Below, piece by piece: positions 56,910 through 64,000 of a stretch of 64,000 nucleotides of DNA; position 1 is the stretch's first letter; each line of letters starts with the position of its first letter. Position numbers and translations under genes: made by a program. This stretch comes from Pseudomonadota bacterium (GTDB taxonomy: Bacteria > Desulfobacterota > Desulfobacteria > Desulfobacterales > JBDRRP01), in NCBI GenBank assembly GCA_043825735.1, contig JBDRRP010000125.1, positions 1 to 64,000 of the forward strand, written 5' to 3'. The notes beneath the pieces are model-generated. The model ran no database searches. It was given only the letters and a program-made list of their open reading frames with translations, and had not been told where the DNA came from.

Positions 56910-58016
56910 ATGTCCAGGCTTTTTGAGGAGACAAGCATCAACGGAATGACCCTGGCCAACCGGTTTGTCCGGTCCGCTACCTGGGAAGGCATGGCGACCG
57001 ATGACGGCGCGGTGACGCCACGACTGACAGAATATATGGCGGCGCTGGCCAAGGGCGGGGTGGGGCTGATCATCTCCGGACACACCTACGTGCACCGGGC
57101 CGGGCAGGCCGGCCCCTGGCAGCTCGGCGCCTACAGCGACGAGCTGGTTCCCGGGTTGACAGAAATGGCCACGGCGGTTCACGAAGGTGGCGGCCGGATC
57201 GTCCTGCAACTGGCCCACGCCGGTTTTTTCGCCAATGCCAAGCTGACCGGGCAGGCGCCGTTTGCCGTTTCCGATGTCGCGGGTCTGGCCAAATCGCCAC
57301 GGATCGTGCTGACCGCGGCCGACATCGATGAGATCGTGGCCGCCTACGGGGCGGCGGCGGCCCGGGCCAAAGCGGCGGGTTTCGACGGCGTGCAGATCCA
57401 TGCTGCCCACGGGTACCTGCTCAGCCAGTTTCTTTCTCCGGCCTTCAACCAGCGCACCGACGCCTTCGGCGGCAGCGTGGGAAACCGGGCCAGTGCCTTT
57501 CTGGCGGTGATCGATGCGGTTCAAAATGCGGTCGGGCCGGACTTTCCGGTGCTGGTGAAGATGAACTGCAGCGATTTTATCGACAAGGGCCTTTCGCTTG
57601 ATGATGCCGTGGCGGTGGCCGGGATGCTGGTGGCAGCCGGCGTCGATGCCATCGAAGTCAGCGGCGGCGTGCTCATCGGCGGCGCCCTCAGCCCCAGTCG
57701 CATGGGTATCCACCGCCCCGATAAGGAAGCCTATTTTCAGAAGGAAGCCAGGGCCTTCAAGGAAGCCATCGGCGTTCCCCTCATTCTCGTTGGAGGGAAC
57801 CGTTCCTTCGAGGTCTCTGAGCGCCTGGTCGATGAGGGCGTAGCCGACTACATCGCCATGTGCCGTCCCCTGATACGGGAGCCGGGGCTGATCAGCCGGT
57901 GGAAATCCGGCGACCGGGCCCGCTCGGCCTGCCTGTCGGACAACCAGTGCTTCGGTCCGGCCATGGCCGGCGAGGGGGTCTACTGCGTGACGGCACAAAA
58001 GGAAAAACAGCGATAG
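56910..58016 (+). CDS. NADH:flavin oxidoreductase (Old Yellow Enzyme family)
   Basis: NRFVRSAT, QLAHAG, GFDGVQIHAAHGYLLSQFLSP, RPLIREP, C-terminal Cys motif. Confidence 0.93.
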   Translation: MSRLFEETSINGMTLANRFVRSATWEGMATDDGAVTPRLTEYMAALAKGGVGLIISGHTYVHRAGQAGPWQLGAYSDELVPGLTEMATAVHEGGGRIVLQLAHAGFFANAKLTGQAPFAVSDVAGLAKSPRIVLTAADIDEIVAAYGAAAARAKAAGFDGVQIHAAHGYLLSQFLSPAFNQRTDAFGGSVGNRASAFLAVIDAVQNAVGPDFPVLVKMNCSDFIDKGLSLDDAVAVAGMLVAAGVDAIEVSGGVLIGGALSPSRMGIHRPDKEAYFQKEARAFKEAIGVPLILVGGNRSFEVSERLVDEGVADYIAMCRPLIREPGLISRWKSGDRARSACLSDNQCFGPAMAGEGVYCVTAQKEKQR

Positions 58017-58029
58017 TTGAACCACATTC

Positions 58030-59010
58030 ATGGAATTAATGATGCCTTTCGTTGAAGCCTTCAAGCCCCCGCGTTATCTTCAAAACGCCATGCTGCAGAC
58101 GGTGCTGGCCAGTCTGCCGCTCAGGGCCCGGGGACGGCACCCCATGGCGGATGTCACCCGTGACATCGTTCTGACGACGGCCCTGGGGGTTCGGCTTCTG
58201 GGGGTGCATTCACCGCAACCGAAGGGGCGCTCCCGGGGGATCGTCATCCTGATTCACGGCTGGGAGGGGAGCAGCGACTCGCGGTATGTGGTGAGCGCCG
58301 CAAGAAGACTTTACCGCAGTGGTTTCGATGTCTTCCGGCTCAATCTGAGAGACCACGGAAAGAGCCACCATTTGAACCGCGGCCTGTTCTGGGCCTCCGA
58401 CCTGGAAGAGGTCTTCGATGCGGTTTCGCAGGCCGCGCGCCTTGCCGGCAGCGGCCCGGCGTTTCTGGCGGGGTTCTCGCTGGGGGGCAACTTCGCCCTT
58501 CGCATTGCGGCAAACTGCGCCGGGGCGCCCATCACCAATCTGAAGCACGTGGTGGCGGTCAGCCCGGCCATAAACCCATCCATGGCCACCGACCGGGTGG
58601 ATGCCCATGGGATGATTCTCGCCTATTTTCTAAAAAAATGGCGGCGATCCCTTGCGGCAAAGGCCGCTCAGTATCCTGGGGAGTATGACTTTTCGAAAAT
58701 GCTCGCTCTGAAAAATATTCGCCAGATGACCGCCGTCGCTGTGGCCGACTACGGCCGTCACCCGTCCATCGATGCCTACTTCCGGGAATACACCATCACG
58801 GGCGAGCTGTTCAGCAGCATCCGGGTGCCGACCACCGTCATCACTGCCATGGACGATCCCGTCATACCGGTAGCGGATTTTTACGCCCTGCCGCAAAACC
58901 CTGCCGTTGACCTGACACTTTCCCGCCACGGCGGCCATAACGGCTTTATCGAAGACGTTTGCCTGAACGGCTGGCATGAACGGTTGATGTTATCGCGGTT
59001 TTCCACCTGA
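58030..59010 (+). CDS. YheT-like alpha/beta hydrolase
   Basis: HGWEGSS, LRDHG, GFSLGG, DDPVI, GGH.GF. Confidence 0.88.
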   Translation: MELMMPFVEAFKPPRYLQNAMLQTVLASLPLRARGRHPMADVTRDIVLTTALGVRLLGVHSPQPKGRSRGIVILIHGWEGSSDSRYVVSAARRLYRSGFDVFRLNLRDHGKSHHLNRGLFWASDLEEVFDAVSQAARLAGSGPAFLAGFSLGGNFALRIAANCAGAPITNLKHVVAVSPAINPSMATDRVDAHGMILAYFLKKWRRSLAAKAAQYPGEYDFSKMLALKNIRQMTAVAVADYGRHPSIDAYFREYTITGELFSSIRVPTTVITAMDDPVIPVADFYALPQNPAVDLTLSRHGGHNGFIEDVCLNGWHERLMLSRFST

Positions 59011-59050
59011 AAGACGATTCTCAAGCCGCGATACCCCGCCGCCAAGCGCC

Positions 59051-62000
59051 CTAAAATCGGATCAACTCCGCACAGGCCAACCGTTTTGTGGCGATATTGC
59101 GCCAATTTTTCCTGTCGCAGGCATCGGCCAGGGCCACGGTCAGGTGCTGGGGCGCCGTGAGTTGCTGGCGCCCAAGGCCGGTGAGGCAGGCCGGGCAATT
59201 GGTCAACAACGGGTGCATCGGGGACTTGGTCAGCCGAGCGGCGAGCGCCGCGCGCTTTCTCGACAGCATGGCGGCGGCGATGTCGGGGCGGCTCAAGGCC
59301 AGGGTGCCGGCTTCAGAGCAGCAGTGCGCTACGGAAACGACCCCCTCAGGCGCGATCCGGCGCAGCAGGGCCTCCCCCTGACCATCGAGGGAATCATGGC
59401 AGGGCCGGTGATAGAAACACGCGTTCGGCAACCGGACATTATCTCCGCGCGAGAGCGCGAATCCGCTCACATCGACCACCGGTGCATCGAAAATGGCGGC
59501 CGCGTTGTTGCGCAGCAGCGATTCGCGGCAGGTCCCGCAGCTGACGGCGCAACCGTCAAAGTCAAGATGTCCCAGCATGGAACGCATCTGGCTGAATATG
59601 ATCGTGTTGCGAAGCTCCTGCCGGTTGGTCAAATCCGTCTTGGCATTGGCGCGGGCCGGAAATCCGCAGCACAGATAGGGCGGCGGCAGGACGACGCGCG
59701 CCCCGGCGCGCAGCAGCATGAAAATGGAAGCCAGCGCGATGTCGGCGTGCAGCCTTTCCGAGCCGCAGCCCGGAAAGTAGAAAACGGTTGCCGAGGGCGT
59801 TGCCTCAGGGGTGATCAGCAGGGCGTGGAGGCCATCATGGCGGCGGGGAAAATACGCCGTCAACGGTTTATTGGCGATGGCCGGCGCCGGCGCATAGAAC
59901 GGCGCCAGGAGCCGGGAGCGGCGGCTCCGGCGGCCCACCAGGCGGGCCGTGGTGCGCTGCAGCGCGCCGCCCCACTGCAGCAGGGCGCGGCGCCCCACGG
60001 CGTTGGTCAGCCGGCTTCGGGAGGAGAGATATCCCAAGACCGCGTGTGTCGGCAGGGCGGTCTTCCGGGCGCCGTGGGCGGCCAGCACTTCGCGCTCTAA
60101 GATTGAAACATCCGCCGTATCGATTCCCACCGGGCAGGGGGCGAGGCACTTGTGGCACAGGGTGCAGTGATCGGCGATTTCCCCCAGCCATCTCAACGGT
60201 TTTAAGCCCACGGCATGCGCGTGCTGGGTGTCGTAAAGCAGGGCTTCGATGATGCCGATCAGGGCCAGGTTCTTGTTACGCGGATGATAGAACAGGTTCT
60301 CGCCCGGGTAGAAGACGCAGCAGTCGGTTTTGCATCGCCCGCAGCGTACGCACTGGGAGATTTTTTCCGCCAACTGCTCAAGACCGCCGTAGCGAAGGAT
60401 GCGGGCCTCCAGCTCGATGAGGTTGAATGACGGGGCAAAGACCCGGTCCGTCACGCTTCGGTCGGTCAGTTTTCCCGGGTTGATGAGATCGTCAGGGTCG
60501 GCGGTTTGCAGATAGGCCTTGAATTCAGACAGGATGTCGGCATCCAGATGCTTGATCTTAGTAAAGCCGATGCCGTGCTCGCCGCTCACCACCCCTCCCA
60601 GCGCCACCGCCTGTTCCATGATGGTATCGGCCATTTCGGCGGCCCGCAGCATCATTTCCCGATCATTGGAGAAGACCGGGATGTTGACGTGCACGTTGCC
60701 GTCGCCGGCGTGCATGTGGGTGGCCACGACGATGCGGCGGTTGCGGATTTCGGCGATCTCGCGCTGTATCTCCGCCGTCACCTTGCTGAATCCGCGCAGC
60801 AGCTGCGTCATCGACGCCTGGATGCCCTGCAGGTGCGTCTCCGTCCGCAGATGGCTGCGGCCCGCCAGCTTGATCTGGTCCATGGCTTCGGTGAGCAGTT
60901 GCCGGGCCCTGGGCAGCTTGGCGGTGAGCCACTCGGGGTCCTCGATGGGCACGGCCTTTTCCAGGTAGGTGAGCAGCTGCCAGATCACCTCTTCCTGGTT
61001 GCTGCGCTCTTCTTCAACGTTGAGGGTGTCGACAAACTCGGCGAATTCGGCCAGGGCCTTCAAGGGCAGGACGATGTCTTCGTTGAGTTTGAACGAATTG
61101 GTGCGCGCGGCAATGGCCCCCAGGCGTTTACGGTCGCGCCAGAATCGCTGGGCTTCTGCGTCGTTTTGCGCCACCGCCATAAACGTGTTGGGGTATTCAT
61201 CGAGCAGTGTCGTCAGTCGCGCCAGCCCGGTATCGATTTCATCGGTGCTACGGCCCACGATGTCGATGAGCAGCACGGCCTTGGGCGGCTGGCTGCGCGG
61301 GGCCTTGGCCTTGTAGGCGATGGCACGGACGTATTCTTCATCGAAGTGCTCCAGTGCCATGAGCGCTTCGCGCCCTTTTTCGGTGAATGCCCTCGCGATC
61401 CGGTCGATGACCGTTGCGGCCTCTTCCATGTCTTCGCCGAAAAATTCAAGGCACACCGTGCGCTCGTGCGGGTAGGCGCGGTGCAGGATAAAGGTTCCTG
61501 CCGTAATGATGCCGTCGGTGCCCTCCTTCTGGACGCCCGGCAGTCCCTGGAGGGTCTTGTTGGTGATATCCTTTCCAAGGCCCGGTTTGCGCAGTTGCCA
61601 GCCATGTATGCGGATCTGTTTGAGCACCTCACCCGTGGCGGTGTCGGTTACGGCAAAGCAGATGGTCTCACCGGGGTCGATGCGCCGGCCGGTGGGGTTT
61701 TCGCGCCGGACCTCGAGCAATCGGCCGCCCGGGACGGCGATCCGGAAGCTGAGCAGATTGTCGATGGCCGTGCCCCAGAGCACGGCGCGTTTGCCGCCGG
61801 CATTTTCGGCAATGTTTCCCCCGATGGTGCAGGCCCAGGACGATGTCGGATCGGTGGCGAACACCAGATTCGCTGCTTTGGCAGCTTCGATGGCCGCGTC
61901 GGTGATGACGCCCGCTTCCAGCTCGATGGTCGCGATCGCCGGTGCGTCGCCGGTGGGATGATCACCGGGTGCGTGCTGGACCGTGCCGATCCGGTTGAGC

Positions 62001-62650
62001 TTTTCGGTGTTGATGACGACACATCCGGCCGCCACGGGAACGGCGCCGCCGGTCAGTCCGGTACCGCCGCCCCTGGGGATCGCTTTGAGACCCAGGGCAG
62101 CCACCGCCTCGAGCAGCAGCGGCACTTGTGTCTCCTGATCGGGGCAGACCACCGCCACCGGCAGGTGCAGGCGCCAGTCGGTGGCGTCCGTTGCGTGGGC
62201 CGAGAGCGTGAACGGATCGAAGAAGACATTTTTCTCGTCTACGATGGCGCCCAGATGACGGCGCATCCGTGCCCTCATCTGAGTGCTGGCGTCCAGCTGC
62301 GCGCGCACGGTGTCGAGTTTCCGGCGGCATGCATCCAGCACCAGACCCAGATCCGGCTCGGGCCGCCCCCGGTCGGCGATCAGCGCCAGGTCCCTTTGGG
62401 CGGCGCCCAGAAAACGCCGACGCCGCCGGCGGTCGTCCAGCAGCTCCTGGTAGAGAAACGGGTTGCGGTGGACTATGAACAGCTCCCCGATCACGCGCAT
62501 CAACAGCCGCCAGGAGCGTCCGGTCCGGCGGGTGATCGCCAGCCGGCCAAGGGGGGCCAGCACCCCGTCGCCCAGCACAAGCGCCAAGATCCGCCGGTCG
62601 TCGGCAGAGGTGTAATTGTAGGGAATGTCCCGTTCAGTGGTTTTGCTCAT
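59051..62650 (-). CDS. Large FAD-linked/Fe-S oxidoreductase (GlcD-like FAD domain plus Fe-S and CCG domains)
   Basis: PRGGGTGLTGG, HAGDGNVH, SGEHGIG, CVRCGRC, CTLCHKC..CP and CCG motifs. Confidence 0.9.
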   Translation of the reverse strand: MSKTTERDIPYNYTSADDRRILALVLGDGVLAPLGRLAITRRTGRSWRLLMRVIGELFIVHRNPFLYQELLDDRRRRRRFLGAAQRDLALIADRGRPEPDLGLVLDACRRKLDTVRAQLDASTQMRARMRRHLGAIVDEKNVFFDPFTLSAHATDATDWRLHLPVAVVCPDQETQVPLLLEAVAALGLKAIPRGGGTGLTGGAVPVAAGCVVINTEKLNRIGTVQHAPGDHPTGDAPAIATIELEAGVITDAAIEAAKAANLVFATDPTSSWACTIGGNIAENAGGKRAVLWGTAIDNLLSFRIAVPGGRLLEVRRENPTGRRIDPGETICFAVTDTATGEVLKQIRIHGWQLRKPGLGKDITNKTLQGLPGVQKEGTDGIITAGTFILHRAYPHERTVCLEFFGEDMEEAATVIDRIARAFTEKGREALMALEHFDEEYVRAIAYKAKAPRSQPPKAVLLIDIVGRSTDEIDTGLARLTTLLDEYPNTFMAVAQNDAEAQRFWRDRKRLGAIAARTNSFKLNEDIVLPLKALAEFAEFVDTLNVEEERSNQEEVIWQLLTYLEKAVPIEDPEWLTAKLPRARQLLTEAMDQIKLAGRSHLRTETHLQGIQASMTQLLRGFSKVTAEIQREIAEIRNRRIVVATHMHAGDGNVHVNIPVFSNDREMMLRAAEMADTIMEQAVALGGVVSGEHGIGFTKIKHLDADILSEFKAYLQTADPDDLINPGKLTDRSVTDRVFAPSFNLIELEARILRYGGLEQLAEKISQCVRCGRCKTDCCVFYPGENLFYHPRNKNLALIGIIEALLYDTQHAHAVGLKPLRWLGEIADHCTLCHKCLAPCPVGIDTADVSILEREVLAAHGARKTALPTHAVLGYLSSRSRLTNAVGRRALLQWGGALQRTTARLVGRRSRRSRLLAPFYAPAPAIANKPLTAYFPRRHDGLHALLITPEATPSATVFYFPGCGSERLHADIALASIFMLLRAGARVVLPPPYLCCGFPARANAKTDLTNRQELRNTIIFSQMRSMLGHLDFDGCAVSCGTCRESLLRNNAAAIFDAPVVDVSGFALSRGDNVRLPNACFYHRPCHDSLDGQGEALLRRIAPEGVVSVAHCCSEAGTLALSRPDIAAAMLSRKRAALAARLTKSPMHPLLTNCPACLTGLGRQQLTAPQHLTVALADACDRKNWRNIATKRLACAELIRF

Positions 62651-62803
62651 CGGTTCCTGCCGGCGCGGCTCGATCCGCACAATACGCCATAGAAACAAAA
62701 ACGCTCCCGCATAACAGGCCGGGTGCGCTGTCAAATGCCGGGTTATCTATAGGCCAGCTTTGCCCGACGATCAAGGTTGACAGCCCTGCAAAAAGTCTGA
62801 AAT

Positions 62804-62885
62804 CACCACCGAGGACACAGAGCGCGCAGAGATAGCTTACTAATTATTCAGTATATTCTCTGAGGTTCTCTGCGGTCTCTGTGGT
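62804..62885. repeat. Inverted nonamer-array palindrome
   Basis: CACCGAGGA-CACAGAGCG-CGCAGAG ... CTCTGAGGTT-CTCTGCGGT-CTCTGTGGT. Confidence 0.6.
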
Positions 62886-62891
62886 TCAAAT

Positions 62892-63687
62892 TCATTTTTT
62901 TTGTGTAATTGGCCCAGATGACGATCGATTTATCATTCCGTGCAGCAGGTGGGCGATGGTTTCACGAAAAGCGGTCGCGAAATCGATCTTGAAGTGCTGA
63001 AACTCGGGCATGGCCAGCACCTCGCGCTGCGTTTCCGACAAGGTGGTCATGGTGGTCAGACCGATGGCGGCCGCCAACTGCAGTTGAAGAAAATTCAGCG
63101 CATCACCGCGGCCGAGCGCCGGAAACAGCCGGCAGATCAAATCGGAGAGCATGCCGAACTCGTTATTGGCCATCCGTTTGAAATCGATCAGGTTTTGGAT
63201 GGTCGCCTTCTTTTCCAGGTGGACATACAAAATGGACACGAGGCCCATCATGCGACGGTGCCGCATCTGCGCAGCCACCCAGATGTCAGCGAATGCTTCG
63301 ACGGTGCATTGCTTTGCGTCATCAAAGGCACCGATCACATCCGCCCGCCAGGGATAGTTCACATTCTGACTGATCATTCTTCGCGTCATGCCCGGATTGG
63401 CCATGGTGCCGTCACCGAGTTGCCGGATCAGGTTGAAACTTTCCGATGTGCCATAGGGGTTGATGCCCGGTCCGGTGACCAGGGAGGGGTTGATGACCAC
63501 CAGGTCCCACCGGTGCGGTCGCTCATTGATCGTCCAGGCCTCTTTTTCTGCCAGGGTCTTGGAATAGGAATAGGGCTGGTGCATGCACCGCAAGGCCTTC
63601 TTCCAGCAGTCGTTTGACGATCCAGCCGGCTACACAACCGGTGGCGCCGGTAACCATTACGGTTTTAATATCATTTGTGGTTTCCAT
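62892..63687 (-). pseudogene. Deletion mosaic: NAD-dependent epimerase/reductase fragments fused to a TetR-like C-terminal domain
   Basis: VTGATGCVAGWIVKRLLEEG, frameshift to YSYSKTLAEKEAW..INPSLV.GP, jump to SQNVNYPWRAD, then an all-helical TetR-C-like tail without an HTH. Confidence 0.72.
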
Positions 63688-64000
63688 GGGTTGCCCTTTC
63701 GAAAACGGATTAAGAGACGCTATGTCGCTAATATTAGAGACCGCACGTCTCATGTCAATCCGATGATCGGAATATTCCCGCAAGACTCAGCATCGAACGC
63801 GCGACCGGGCGGGCGCAGCCGAACCCGGGCTGGTCCGTTGCCCCGATACCCCTTCCGGTTTGCCAGCCGGACACCGCCTGTTGATCGGCCCATTGACTTT
63901 TATAAAGCGTTACAGGTATTTAATGAATAATCACACAATATAAACATCAGTGTCTCCAGCCTTTCAAATGAGCATCAGCAGCGGCATAAAATTAGGGTCT

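Overview
A GC-rich bacterial chromosomal window. Gene content and order (pilT-pilU-Zn-ribbon, tilS-ftsH-folP-cdaR-coaX, many acyl-CoA dehydrogenases) suggest a Desulfobacterota/deltaproteobacterial anaerobe; this is inference, not a search result. The first 30 kb is mostly housekeeping: proC, yggT, divIVA, pilT/pilU, coaX, folP, ftsH, tilS, SRP RNA, grpE-dnaK, an IHF subunit and cheW. The 31-50 kb region is a lipid/acyl-CoA catabolic block. Its core (35.6-46.2 kb) is the best candidate for an undescribed system: a probable heteromeric acyl-CoA dehydrogenase pair, a TetR, a PHP protein, two Cys-less Ltp3/Ltp4-like thiolase-fold proteins, a 1009-aa acyl-CoA ligase fused to three tandem SCP2 domains and a DUF35 domain, and a DUF35-MaoC hydratase fusion. 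It looks like a DUF35-scaffolded activation-hydration-retro-aldol complex resembling actinobacterial sterol side-chain enzymes. tRNA-Tyr and tRNA-Glu at 50.5-50.7 kb are followed by a ~1 kb islet bounded by a 27-bp duplication; it carries a promoter, a small structured leader with terminator, and a broken NYN nuclease. Toxin-antitoxin remnants and an intact vapBC follow. Intergenic DNA holds several families of nested palindromic repeats, one with clear compensatory covariation. Several pseudogenes retain both ends but lack their middles. No CRISPR array, rRNA, integrase or transposase was seen. Family assignments come from motif recognition by eye; no database searches were run.
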